A stretch of 64,000 bases of DNA. It comes from Candidatus Poribacteria bacterium. GTDB taxonomy: Bacteria; Poribacteria; WGA-4E; WGA-3G. Made by a program: the position numbers and the translations under genes. Positions 27,283-37,255 of the stretch are shown here, piece by piece. The stretch's first letter is position 1. Every line of letters starts with the position of its first letter. The DNA lies in contig OZ242029.1 in NCBI GenBank assembly GCA_965205015.1, positions 3,648,001-3,712,000 of the forward strand. The letters are read 5' to 3'. The notes below the pieces were generated by a model that made no database searches, had not been told where the DNA came from, and saw only the letters and a list, made by a program, of their open reading frames with translations.

Positions 27283-28857
27283 ATGAAAGGAGCAATTATG
27301 ACGGGTGGAGATCTTTTTGTCGAATGTTTGAAAGCACAAGGTGTGAGTGTCATTTTCGGTTTGCCGGGCAACCATTTGGACACGGTTTATGAATCGTTAT
27401 ACAACAATCAGGACAGCATCGATCACTATGTCACACGGCATGAAGGTGGCGCATCATTTATGGCGGATGGTTACGCCCGCGCGACAGGCGATGTTGGTGT
27501 CTGTATGACTGTTCCGGGTCCCGGCTCAAACAACGCTTCTATCGGTATCGGTGAGGCAAATACAGCGTCTTCGCCGGTGCTTTGGATTACCGGACAGAAT
27601 CCATCCTACTTGGCATCACGGGACCCGAAGAAGAGTTTCCACGGGTTGGATCAGAGAGCTGCCTTCAGCACAATGACGAAACATCTGGAAATTGTGCATC
27701 GGGTAGACCAGATTCCGGGTGCCATTAATCGAAGTTTCAGTGCCTTACGTTCCGGTAGACCGGGACCTGTACTGATCGAGTTAGCGAAAGATGCGTTGGA
27801 TGCTGAAGCGGATTTTCCAGTTCCGCCCCGGAATAACGGTATTCAGACGACAGCGAGTCCCCAAGACGTAGATGCGGCACTATCATTGTTGAGCACCTCA
27901 GAACGTCCATTGATTATTGCGGGGGGTGGTATTAACCATACACGCGGCACTGCGGAGATACTGGAGTTCGCGGAGCTGCTGGACGCGCCCATCGTGATGA
28001 CGGGTTTTGGTAAAGGGTCGGTCCCTGAAGATTCACCGCATTCGATCGGTGTCTTCCGAGATGGTGTTTCCCAAGCGGCCATGGAAGCCTCCGACCTTAT
28101 TGTCGCTGTCGGCACTCGGTTTAACTACCGTGATACCGGCAACTGGAGCCTCAAGCTTCCGCAACCGTTGTTGCATATCGAAGCGGACGCAGAGGAAATT
28201 CACAAGGAATATCCTGCGACTGTCGGTATCGGTGCGAATCCGAAATTGGTTTTGCGTCAGTTGAACGCCGCGCTGCGCGACGAGAGACCGAAAGGGGGTT
28301 GGGGTGAAGGGTTACGTGAATTAAGACGACGATGGACAGCGGCTGAACGCCCTCGGATCCTCCAGGAGATGCGCGATGTGATGCCTCGCGATGCGATTTT
28401 GTCGGTTGACGTTAATATCACTGGCTATGGGGCATTAGCACATTTCCCGTGTTATCACCCGGGGAGTTATATCTTCTCCGGTGTATCTGTTGCAATGGGA
28501 ATCGGATTGACAGGTGCCATCGGTGCACAGGTTGCCTACCCAGAGCGGAAAGTCGTTGCGTTGAGTGGTGATGGTGGGTTTTTAATGACGTGTCCGGACT
28601 TTGCGACAGCGGTAATGTATAATCTACCCGTTGTGACGCTTGTGATGAACGATAATCAGTACACTTCGATTGAACGTGGACAACTCCGTCGCTTCGGCAA
28701 ACGGATCGGTGTCGAACTCGTCAACCCGGACTTCGTACAGTTTGCGGAATCGTTCGGCGCGGTTGGATTACGCGTTGAAGATCCAAGTGATTTTAGACCG
28801 ACGTTTGAAAAGGCACTCGCTTTGGACAGACCGGTTCTCCTTGAAGTGGTCAAGTAA
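27283..28857 (+). CDS. Thiamine pyrophosphate-binding enzyme (acetolactate synthase-like)
   Basis: FGLPG, RHE, GPG, GRPGPV, GDGGF...N TPP motif, NPDF. Confidence 0.9.
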   Translation: MKGAIMTGGDLFVECLKAQGVSVIFGLPGNHLDTVYESLYNNQDSIDHYVTRHEGGASFMADGYARATGDVGVCMTVPGPGSNNASIGIGEANTASSPVLWITGQNPSYLASRDPKKSFHGLDQRAAFSTMTKHLEIVHRVDQIPGAINRSFSALRSGRPGPVLIELAKDALDAEADFPVPPRNNGIQTTASPQDVDAALSLLSTSERPLIIAGGGINHTRGTAEILEFAELLDAPIVMTGFGKGSVPEDSPHSIGVFRDGVSQAAMEASDLIVAVGTRFNYRDTGNWSLKLPQPLLHIEADAEEIHKEYPATVGIGANPKLVLRQLNAALRDERPKGGWGEGLRELRRRWTAAERPRILQEMRDVMPRDAILSVDVNITGYGALAHFPCYHPGSYIFSGVSVAMGIGLTGAIGAQVAYPERKVVALSGDGGFLMTCPDFATAVMYNLPVVTLVMNDNQYTSIERGQLRRFGKRIGVELVNPDFVQFAESFGAVGLRVEDPSDFRPTFEKALALDRPVLLEVVK

Positions 28858-28874
28858 TCTATAAGGAGTTTGAT

Positions 28875-30077
28875 ATGGCGAAAAAGATCGGTGTTCTAAC
28901 GGGTGGAGGCGATACGAGTGCTCTGAACGCCACCCTTAAAGGCATTGCGTTGAAAGCCGAGGAACTCGGTTTTGAACTGGTCGGATTCATGGAGGGGTGG
29001 CGCGGTGTCTTGAAGGGTGGACGGTACTTTACGCTGACGCCTGACCTGATTGATGAAAACCGGGGCGGGACGCTGCTAAAAAGTTCACGCACGAACCTGA
29101 TTAAAGATGGCAAATTGGATGAAGCGGTCAGCAATCTGAGAAAACTGGATATCAGCGGTCTGATTCCGATAGGCGGCGATGATACGTTGACGGTCGGTAC
29201 GGCGCTGTCGGATCAATTCACGACCACGTTCGTTACAAAGACGATTGATAACGATGTGGGTATCAATCCACCTGAAGGGGATGCCGTCGATTATTCTAAG
29301 ATGGTTAACTACTTCTGTCCCGGTTTCCCTTCATCAGCGAACAGTGTTATTAACTACGTCCGAGATCTGCGGACGACTACCTACTCCCATGATCGCGTGA
29401 TTGTTGTTGAGGCGATGGGGAGAGATGCGGGGTGGTTGACATTGTCTGCCGCTTATGGGCAGGCGGACCTCATCGTTGTTCCCGAGGTGCCGTATCAACC
29501 GGAGAAGTTGGCGGAAGCGATTCGCAAAAAACACGCTGAACAGGGAAATGTCATTGTTGTCGTATCTGAGGGTATCCGAAATGATGATGGGGAACTGATG
29601 ATTACCTCACAAGCGGAACTCGATGCTTTTGGGCATACGAAACCGGGAGGGTGTTCAGAGATTATCGTTGAGGCGATGAAGAAACTCCTTCCTGAAATTT
29701 CGAGCTCAGCGTTCCGAGCTTTGATACTCGGTTATCTCCAGCGGTGCGGTAGCCCGATTTCATTGGATAGAGATATTGCTATGAAGGCAGGCGCGATGGC
29801 GGTGCAGGCGCTCTCGGACGGTATGTTCAACGGTGTTGCGACGATTACGCGGACGGATGTCGGCATTGAACCGACCTTGTTGCCGTTGGACCAGGTGTTG
29901 AAACGGGATGCCTCTGGACATGTGATTCGGAGAAGTCTCGATCTACGGTTCTATGATGCGGAACAGTATCAGATGTCTCCAGCGGGTGCGGGATATTTCC
30001 GTCCGTTGTTCGGGGACTTACCGCGTCCGGATCGGTCGTTAGACGAGCGTTTGATTGAGATCGGTGAGATTGGGTAA
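28875..30077 (+). CDS. pfkA: 6-phosphofructokinase, probably PPi-dependent
   Basis: TGGGD, GGDDT (Asp at the ATP/PPi-determining position), KTIDND, MGR, LGYLQR. Confidence 0.85.
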   Translation: MAKKIGVLTGGGDTSALNATLKGIALKAEELGFELVGFMEGWRGVLKGGRYFTLTPDLIDENRGGTLLKSSRTNLIKDGKLDEAVSNLRKLDISGLIPIGGDDTLTVGTALSDQFTTTFVTKTIDNDVGINPPEGDAVDYSKMVNYFCPGFPSSANSVINYVRDLRTTTYSHDRVIVVEAMGRDAGWLTLSAAYGQADLIVVPEVPYQPEKLAEAIRKKHAEQGNVIVVVSEGIRNDDGELMITSQAELDAFGHTKPGGCSEIIVEAMKKLLPEISSSAFRALILGYLQRCGSPISLDRDIAMKAGAMAVQALSDGMFNGVATITRTDVGIEPTLLPLDQVLKRDASGHVIRRSLDLRFYDAEQYQMSPAGAGYFRPLFGDLPRPDRSLDERLIEIGEIG

Positions 30078-30130
30078 GAATCAGGATTTTCAGTGAATGC
30101 AGGCGCGGTTTGAAACCGCGCCTTTCATTT

Positions 30131-30676
30131 TTAACTCCTTGTCTGAAAGGAAAATTGTTCCGCGACTACAAATCGGTCGTCCGTTTTAGGGGAGCGATAA
30201 ATCAGACTGATCGCTACCATTTCACACCGGACGGGTTGCCATTCGGTTTGGAGCCGCTCCTGTTCGGTGGGAAGGGATCGGTGAGGGAATTGCCCAACCG
30301 ATAGATGTGGATGAAAGCCGCCTGCGAATCGCGCCGTGTCGTCATAGTCAGGAAGGTGGTACATGAGTGTGCTGTGTAACCGCACAATCTCGTCTTCGGG
30401 GTCTGGCGTTAAGAACATGGTACACGACTTTCGGTGTCGGAAAGCATCAAAACGAGCGAGCGCAATAGAAAAGGGCGTTACCTGTTGTGCGGCGTTTGTG
30501 AGCGCGGGGATGACCGATGCAAAATCGTCACGTTCCGCGAACGGATAGAGCAGCGTTATGTGTGGCATCCATCGTTCAAAGTTTCGGTCGTAGATTCTGC
30601 GGATGGCTTGGATAGGGGGCTGCACCGATTCCGGTGGAATGAGGACAACGGCTGTGGTGTGGGTTTTGTTGGGCAT
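30131..30676 (-). CDS. 2H phosphoesterase / 2'-5' RNA ligase family protein
   Basis: Two HxT/S motifs: PHITL and PHLSV. Confidence 0.85.
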   Translation of the reverse strand: MPNKTHTTAVVLIPPESVQPPIQAIRRIYDRNFERWMPHITLLYPFAERDDFASVIPALTNAAQQVTPFSIALARFDAFRHRKSCTMFLTPDPEDEIVRLHSTLMYHLPDYDDTARFAGGFHPHLSVGQFPHRSLPTEQERLQTEWQPVRCEMVAISLIYRSPKTDDRFVVAEQFSFQTRS

Positions 30677-30730
30677 AAATGAAATATGAATGTTTTTATC
30701 AATTCAATGTATTCATTTTTTGATTGAGAA

Positions 30731-30757
30731 CCGGTGCGGTTGGAAACCGCACCTACC
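30731..30757. repeat. REP-like hairpin (GTAGGTGCGGTT family)
   Basis: GGTGCGGTT-GGA-AACCGCACCTACC; relatives at about 16982, 30101 and 31793. Confidence 0.65.
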
Positions 30758-30777
30758 ACTTGTGATCAGTAAAAGAA

Positions 30778-31578
30778 TTAACGACCGACGGACATTCCCC
30801 AGCGCCCACCATCAACATGAATGGTTTGCCCTGTGATGTAACAGGCATCATCGCTAAGAAGGAACGCTATAGCCGATGCGATCTCCTCCGGTCCACAGCG
30901 GCGTTTCATAATGCAGGAATTGATCGGTGTCTCCTCCAATTCCTTTTTGCGTGCGACAGGATCCGGTGCCCTCCCGAAGTGCATCTCTGTAACAACCCAA
31001 CCGGGTGCGACGGCGTTAACACGAATACCGTAGTCGACGAATTCATACGCCATTGTCTTCGTGAGAGAGACCAACGCGGATTTAATCGCATCGTAGACCC
31101 ATCCCCCGGGTCTGCCGAGATAACCGCCCTCCGATGAGAGATTGACGATCGCCGCTCCATCCTGTTTCAAAAGCGGTAACAGATGCTGCGTGATGACGAC
31201 CCAGCCGCGGAGTCCGATTGCGGTTTCGGGCTCCCAATTTGGAATCCATCCACCGTCTTCAATTTTTCCACCTCTCGCGATAGCGGCGTTATTGACCAGT
31301 ATATGGAGGGCAGAAAACTTGTCGGCGACTTCCTGCGCGGCGGCTTGGACACTTCCGTCATCGGCGAGATCGACTTCTATAAAAAGTGCCTTCCCACCTG
31401 CTTCTTGGATTTCGGCGACTGCTTGGTTCGCCATTTCGGCGTTGATGTCGGCGATGATGACGTGCGCGCCTTCAGCAGCGAGACGGTTCGCCGTTGCCCT
31501 GCCGATGCCGGAGGCACCGCCAGTGATCAATGCGACTTTATCTGTAAAACGGATTGTTCCCCATTGGTTTGTTTGCAT
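30778..31578 (-). CDS. SDR family oxidoreductase
   Basis: TGGASGIG, NNAA, YxxxK (YDAIK), PG. Confidence 0.92.
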   Translation of the reverse strand: MQTNQWGTIRFTDKVALITGGASGIGRATANRLAAEGAHVIIADINAEMANQAVAEIQEAGGKALFIEVDLADDGSVQAAAQEVADKFSALHILVNNAAIARGGKIEDGGWIPNWEPETAIGLRGWVVITQHLLPLLKQDGAAIVNLSSEGGYLGRPGGWVYDAIKSALVSLTKTMAYEFVDYGIRVNAVAPGWVVTEMHFGRAPDPVARKKELEETPINSCIMKRRCGPEEIASAIAFLLSDDACYITGQTIHVDGGRWGMSVGR

Positions 31579-31672
31579 GATGTTGTAAATCCTTTTGTTG
31601 AGCCCTTAGCAATTAGCGATCGGCAGTCAGTGGTCAGCAATCAGCAGTATCGCGAGCATACAGAAACACCGG

Positions 31673-31745
31673 ATTTAGAATGTGCGGGTAGGCACAAGAC
31701 CTACTCCATTTAGAATGTGCGGGTAGGCACAAGACCTACCCCTAC
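31673..31745. repeat. 32-bp direct duplication of a REP-containing unit
   Basis: ATTTAGAATGTGCGGGTAGGCACAAGACCTAC at 31673-31704 and 31708-31739. Confidence 0.8.
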
Positions 31746-31816
31746 AGTGATTTTTCGGGATGGAATTACCGAAAAATTTATTGAAACTTCATGAAACCGC
31801 ACCTACCGGGTTTGGG

Positions 31817-32590
31817 TTACACGCCTGCGGCGAATCCACCATCGACGAGTAGGGAAGCACCGGTGACCCATTCTCCATCGTCGGAAGCGAAGAAAACTGC
31901 GGCGCGTCCGATGTCTCTCGGGAGCCCGAAACGTGGCAAAGCGGTTTTTTCTAAGGCTTCTTCAACCTGTTCGGGGGTGAGGTAGTCTTGGATTGACGTC
32001 TCGATGTAGCCGGGACAGATGGCGTTGACGGTTATGCCGAATTGCCCGATCTCCAATGCGGTATCCCGAACCATATTGACAATAGCGGCTTTTGCGGGAG
32101 CATACGCAGGTCCTGCACCACCCCCATACGCGTGAACGGAGGCGATCTGGATAATCCTTCCATATTTCGAGTGTTTCAGGTGTGGAATGGCGAGTTTTGT
32201 CGCGACAAAGACTCCGCGGAGATTGACGCCAACGACTCTGTCCCAATCCGCGATTGAGAGGTCCTGCGCGCCACCGGGGATATGGATGCCGGCGTTATTG
32301 ACGAGAACGTCAAGTCCCCCAAAATGTTCAACGGTTCGCTGAATGACGTGTGCGACCTGCGCTTCGTCGGCGACATCGGCTTGCAGGAAGAGCCCTTCTG
32401 TGCCGAGCTTTTCGATCTCTGAGACGGTCGGGGTTGTGGTCTCGGTTTCGTGGTATTTGCCGCGAAGTGGGGTTTCCTGTCTATCGACGACAACGACCCG
32501 CGCACCCTCGCGGGCGAATTCGAGTGCGATGCCGCGTCCGATCCCTGAACTCCCACCGGTTACAATGCAGATGCGATCCTTAAGTAGCAT
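31817..32590 (-). CDS. SDR family oxidoreductase
   Basis: TGGSSGIG, NNAG, YAPAK, PG. Confidence 0.92.
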   Translation of the reverse strand: MLLKDRICIVTGGSSGIGRGIALEFAREGARVVVVDRQETPLRGKYHETETTTPTVSEIEKLGTEGLFLQADVADEAQVAHVIQRTVEHFGGLDVLVNNAGIHIPGGAQDLSIADWDRVVGVNLRGVFVATKLAIPHLKHSKYGRIIQIASVHAYGGGAGPAYAPAKAAIVNMVRDTALEIGQFGITVNAICPGYIETSIQDYLTPEQVEEALEKTALPRFGLPRDIGRAAVFFASDDGEWVTGASLLVDGGFAAGV

Positions 32591-32598
32591 TCCGGACT

Positions 32599-32714
32599 CT
32601 CTCTTCCACAGTGAAGGAACATCATTAGGTCACAAAAACTCGCTGGTGCCTTTTCCTTTTGATATTATACCTCATCTTCCAAAATCTTTACAACATTTTC
32701 AGTGATGCGTTCCT
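32599..32714 (-). repeat. Relic duplicate of the hsdM 3' end and the XRE-gene 3' end
   Basis: 32599-32648 matches 41218-41267 (48/50); 32659-32714 matches 41628-41683 (47/56). Confidence 0.85.
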
Positions 32715-32726
32715 TACTGACATCTA

Positions 32727-34451
32727 TCACCTCTCGGTATAAATACTTTTCCCTTCGCCGTAGTAAGAATCATAGATATGCTGATAAACTGCTTCAGACT
32801 TTTGACCGAACAATTCCGGTGTGTAAGGCTGTGGAAGTTTATCATCAAGTATATTGCTAACAGTTTCTCTGACCTCAGCTGTCGATTGTGTCCGCTTCCG
32901 CCAATCTAAGCCCAATTTCTCTTGCTTGAGCGTCTTAAGCAATTTCCTCACAGCAGTCTTCACTTCGTCTCTCTCAGGGACAGTTAGATGCGGTTCGTGT
33001 TGCGTCAGGAGATCGAACACCGCCAATTCCTCTTCGGTAAATTCTTCAGTACTGGCGCGTTGATCCTCTTGACGGAGCTCATTAGCGAAGTTAAAAAGCC
33101 CTTCAACGAAATTATCAACACCCATAGTGCCCGCGTTGTATTCTGCGATCATCTGCTCAAATTTCTGTTGATAATCCATGCGGCTTCTGTTGAGGCGAAT
33201 CATCGCGGTGAGTTTGGCATTGATTGCGCCTCTGAGTCTCTCCGCCTCGACGCGTTTGTGCTCTGTATTGAATTGTTCGCTTAACTGCTCGAAGTCAATT
33301 TGGCTTAAATCTACCTGATTCATGTCGTAGCTGTCAGGTGGTATCTGAATGAGATAGCCTTCCGGTGCGATCGATCGGTCGAGTAAACGCTCGACTTCTG
33401 TCATGACACCGGAGATGTCAGTCGGTGGCGTTAAATTTCTGATTTTCTGTGCGATGATTTTGATGAGTTGACAAATTCTGGTAAACTCGTGTGCACTGGG
33501 GTCAGGCAGGATCGCTTTGTAGAGTTTCGTGACATTCGTCGCGTGTTGTAGATAATTCCGTTTGGTTTCATCGTTAATCAGGATACATTCCATTGCATCA
33601 TTGATGTGGCTGATGTTTTGCAGAGCGTCATCCGTTTGGGCTGCCACTAAGTCAATACCGAGACCTTCGCAGAATTCGGAGATTTCGGTGATCGCTTTTC
33701 GGAGTTTTTCAACCAGTTTCGATTTGTCTGCAATCGGTGTTTCGCTTTCCGCATCAGTGCCCGTCGCGTAAATTGCTAACGCTTTTTCAAGATTACGGAA
33801 AATCCCGATGTAGTCAACAATTAAGCCGTTATTCTTATCTTCAAAGACGCGATTGACTCTGGCAATCGTCTGCATCAAAGTATGGTTTCGCTGTGGCTTG
33901 TCGAGATAGATAGTAGAACATGAGGGGACATCGAAACCTGTGATCCACATCGCGCAGACGAAGACGATTCGGAAGGGATCCTCTGGATTTTTGAATTTGA
34001 TATCCAAATCTTCTGTGTTCATACGGGCACGGTGGGGTATAATGTCAACGCCTTTCTGTCTGAGATCGTCAATTTCGTTTTGTCCCGGAGAAACCACGAC
34101 TGCCATATCGGTTTCTTCCATGTAGCGCACCCTTTCCTCTGAGAGGATCCGTTCGCTACTGGTCTATGTAGCGCGTTCGGACTTTAGGCGTTCAATACAC
34201 CGCTTCCAATATTTCTGCACTTTGTCGAACATCTTGACAGTAGTGGCTTTGTCTATTGAGATGACCATGGCTTTTCCTTGATAGCCTCTGCCCATAAAGT
34301 GGGCGACGATATCTTCGGCGATGGTTTCTAATCGTTCCTCTCGCGTGATGAGATGATACTCCCTGGCAAATTCGTGCTCCAGTTTTGCCTCTTGTGCCGC
34401 ATCGAGCTCGGCATCCTCAAGAATTTGTTCGATGTCTTCGTTGAAGTCCTC
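32727..34451 (-). pseudogene. hsdR: Type I restriction R subunit, C-terminal remnant
   Basis: KAMVISID, MWITGFDVP, MQTIARVNR and a DUF3387-like tail. In-frame TAG at 34164-34166; the 5' nuclease/ATPase part is missing. Confidence 0.85.
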
Positions 34452-34605
34452 GCGTCACTTCCCCTTCTTGATATAGCAAAATCGCAGCGTCTAACTGTGA
34501 TTCCTCTTCAAGGGATTTACGCAGTTGCTCGCGTTCAACTTTGCGCAGCTTCTGTATTAATGGTAACAGTTTTTCAAGCGTTATCGGTTCAGAAATTTGA
34601 ATCAT
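34417..34605 (-). pseudogene. Truncated UPF0175-like antitoxin fused out of frame to the hsdR remnant
   Basis: AAILLYQEGEVT breaks off at about 34453, exactly where the hsdR sequence begins. Confidence 0.5.
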
Positions 34606-34620
34606 TGTGCTCTACTCCTA

Positions 34621-35293
34621 TCAATGCTCACGGCGTTCACGCCTTACCTCTGCGAGTGCTTCCTCAAAATCACGTATCACTTCTTCCTCTGGTGTATTGG
34701 CAAAAATATCATGGAAATGTGCCAGCGTTTTATCCCATTCTCTTTTAAACCGTTTGCGATCTTCCTCAACTTGAGTATGGAAGCCCGATATGAGATCTTC
34801 CCACTGCTGTGACACGGAGGATTCAGATTCCTGAATATCAGGAGCGAAAAAGACTTTGGCAGAGAAATTGTAATCTTTGACGAGACATTTGAGTTGATGA
34901 GCAAGGGGACTTAATTCTTCGTTTCGTTGTTGATTAGGATCCTCGACAAAAATAATATAATCATCCTGTGCGAGGTAAAGTTGAATTGCTTTCTTCAAAC
35001 TTTTTCTTATAGTAAAGTTTAGAATTAATTAGACACTTTAAAGAGGCGAGGATACAATCCTCGCCAGCGGCGGAGAGGATTGTTTCGCTAAGCAACTGTC
35101 TACATATTTTTCGACTTTACTATAAAGGTGCGCCTTTTCTATGGCACTTTCGGAGCGCACTTCTTCCCGCTGTCCGGATAACCAGATACGCAAGCTGCCG
35201 GAATCTCAAAAATATATTCTCCAAGAATCTGACCGCCCCAGCATCTTGATCGGATTGTAAATTCCAGACTCTTATGCTTATCATAATTACCAT
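34621..35293 (-). pseudogene. Paralog of the upstream DUF4276-like gene, interrupted by a MITE
   Basis: Removing the MITE (keeping one TA) restores ISIRVWNLQS...KGAPLRKSLKKAIQLYLAQDDYIIF...KVFFAPDIQE, which aligns with 35294-36034. Confidence 0.75.
35008..35124. mobile_element. MITE with imperfect 28-bp TIRs and a TA target duplication (IS630-like ends)
   Basis: TATAGTAAAGTTTAGAATTAATTAGACA versus TATAGTAAAGTCGAAAAATATGTAGACA (reverse complement of right end); internal GGCGAGGAT-ACA-ATCCTCGCC hairpin. Confidence 0.8.
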
Positions 35294-36034
35294 TCACTTG
35301 AATTGCGCTAATATGTTCCCTAATTCACGGAGGGAATTGTTACGCCGTAATGTTTCTCTGTCAATGACTATGTACTTAGCCAAATCAGGGGACACCCTTT
35401 CGTGATATCGATCACGGTTAATGTTCTTTTGTGGTATGTTTGGATTGAGGGCACGCAGAACCTGCTCAGAAAAATCTTTCAAGTACTCTTTGGGTCCCTT
35501 GCCTCCCACTTCCGTTTCGACAATGTGTTCCGTATTGCCTCTCTGATAACGCCTGAGAAATCGGACGAAGGATTGATTTGATAGTACCTTATCACGGCAA
35601 TTATTTCTATACTGTGCACGCCGACTCGCGAAATAACAGAAAACGCCAAGGCAATCAATCAACAACCACGCCTCAAGTTCTTGAATGGCAGGGGCAAAAA
35701 AGACTTTACCAGTAAAACTTCTATCCTGAACAATTTGTTCAATTTGGTTGATAAGCGAATGCTGTTGTTGTTTGCGTTGGTAGAGTGACATCGGACTATC
35801 ACTGTCAATGATGAAAATAACGTAATCATCTTTCTGAAGGTACTGATGGATTGTCTGCCTCAGCCTGTCGCTCAAAGAGTGCCCTTTTTTATTGTACATC
35901 AGGGATTCCGTGCCCCCAACTGTTTGAATAGATAGATTTCCGAGTTGCAAATACGTCACCAACTTATCTGCCAAATGTCCGACAACTTTGGCATCATTAG
36001 TTGATTCCAAGGTCCAAATCCTTATTCGTGGCAT
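35294..36034 (-). CDS. DUF4276-like (TOPRIM-type) protein
   Basis: N-terminal E...D, IDSD and QELEAWLL motifs; overlaps the ATPase stop. Confidence 0.7.
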   Translation of the reverse strand: MPRIRIWTLESTNDAKVVGHLADKLVTYLQLGNLSIQTVGGTESLMYNKKGHSLSDRLRQTIHQYLQKDDYVIFIIDSDSPMSLYQRKQQQHSLINQIEQIVQDRSFTGKVFFAPAIQELEAWLLIDCLGVFCYFASRRAQYRNNCRDKVLSNQSFVRFLRRYQRGNTEHIVETEVGGKGPKEYLKDFSEQVLRALNPNIPQKNINRDRYHERVSPDLAKYIVIDRETLRRNNSLRELGNILAQFK

Positions 36035-37215
36035 GCAGATTCATTCTCCACCATGTCTTGCAGAAGTTCGCTATGAAAGATAGCACTGCCAATCCCGAAG
36101 TCTTTAATCCACCCGCTTAGTGCTTCATCGTCCCCACGCTTATCCTCAATGTCAATTACTTCTGTACCGAGTCTGGGGCGGTTACGTAGGAGTAAAACAC
36201 CGAGAGAATTCGATAGACTTTCAGATTTGAAGTTGTCCAAGAGTTGTGAACTATGGGTTGTGATAATGACCTGTGTCCGTTCGGCAAGTTGCTCAAGAAC
36301 ACTTGCAATGTCTGTCAACGCGCCGGGATGCAGATTCCGCTCCGGTTCCTCAATGGAAATAAGTGACGGTAATTCAGATTGATTGAGCAAAGTATTATAT
36401 GCCAGAAGACGCAATGTGCCATCGGAGGCGTTTATTAAAGGTATTGGCTCCTTGTATCCTTCAAGCAGGCAGAGTTGGAATTCTCCATCGATTTTACGAT
36501 AGTCTATGTTGATATTGGTGGTAGCGGCTAGAGCTTCACTAACGTAGCGGAAATCCTCTGGAGTCTTCTCATGCCACTCCCAAAGTATGTCTGGGACATT
36601 CACACCGTAACGATTAAGTTTTAGAGATTCCTGAATATCATGTGTAATAGGAGAGAATCTATTAGGATTCGTTCGTATGTGGTCTGGCTGAAAGTCATAC
36701 AATTCCCATCCTTGAATAAATTCTGCTAAGGCACTCGTAGTGGGTTTATTGCCATAATCACCGGCGGACCTCAACGCGAGTTTATTAGATTTGTATGTTG
36801 TTGTGTCCTTTCTATCTTTATCCTCTTCATCCTTAACTGTCCCCTCTCCATCCTGAACAGAGATAATCTTGATCCCGTTCACTGATAATTCTTCGTCAAT
36901 AGAAACATTTTCATCTTTAGTTCTAAACTCCAATTTATATCGAACGGGTTTCTCCTTCACTTTGGCATGTAATTCGCAGGTGATGTGGTCGGCTCCACCT
37001 GCCCAAGCAATATTTGGGATGAAATCAATCGTGGTGGAAGGTATTTCAAATTTCAACATATTGTTGAGAAGACGTAGAGATCTCAAGGCATTGGATTTCC
37101 CACTTGCATTGGGTCCAACGAGAACCGTCAGAGACTTCAGCGGAAGTTCAACGTTCCGCAAACTCAGGTAATTTTTGATATGAACTTTCTCTAAAAATGC
37201 TATCTGTTCGGACAT
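36022..37215 (-). CDS. AAA_21/AAA_15 ABC-type ATPase
   Basis: GPNASGKSN, SDGT signature, IEEPE..LHP, TTHS. Confidence 0.9.
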   Translation of the reverse strand: MSEQIAFLEKVHIKNYLSLRNVELPLKSLTVLVGPNASGKSNALRSLRLLNNMLKFEIPSTTIDFIPNIAWAGGADHITCELHAKVKEKPVRYKLEFRTKDENVSIDEELSVNGIKIISVQDGEGTVKDEEDKDRKDTTTYKSNKLALRSAGDYGNKPTTSALAEFIQGWELYDFQPDHIRTNPNRFSPITHDIQESLKLNRYGVNVPDILWEWHEKTPEDFRYVSEALAATTNINIDYRKIDGEFQLCLLEGYKEPIPLINASDGTLRLLAYNTLLNQSELPSLISIEEPERNLHPGALTDIASVLEQLAERTQVIITTHSSQLLDNFKSESLSNSLGVLLLRNRPRLGTEVIDIEDKRGDDEALSGWIKDFGIGSAIFHSELLQDMVENESACHE

Positions 37216-37255
37216 CGGTTTTGCCTTTATATCGGGATTCACCCTTCGATGCATC

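Noticed and set aside
31673-31739. 32-bp direct repeat as a mini CRISPR array
   Set aside because: Only two copies separated by 3 bp, REP-derived, and no cas genes in the window.
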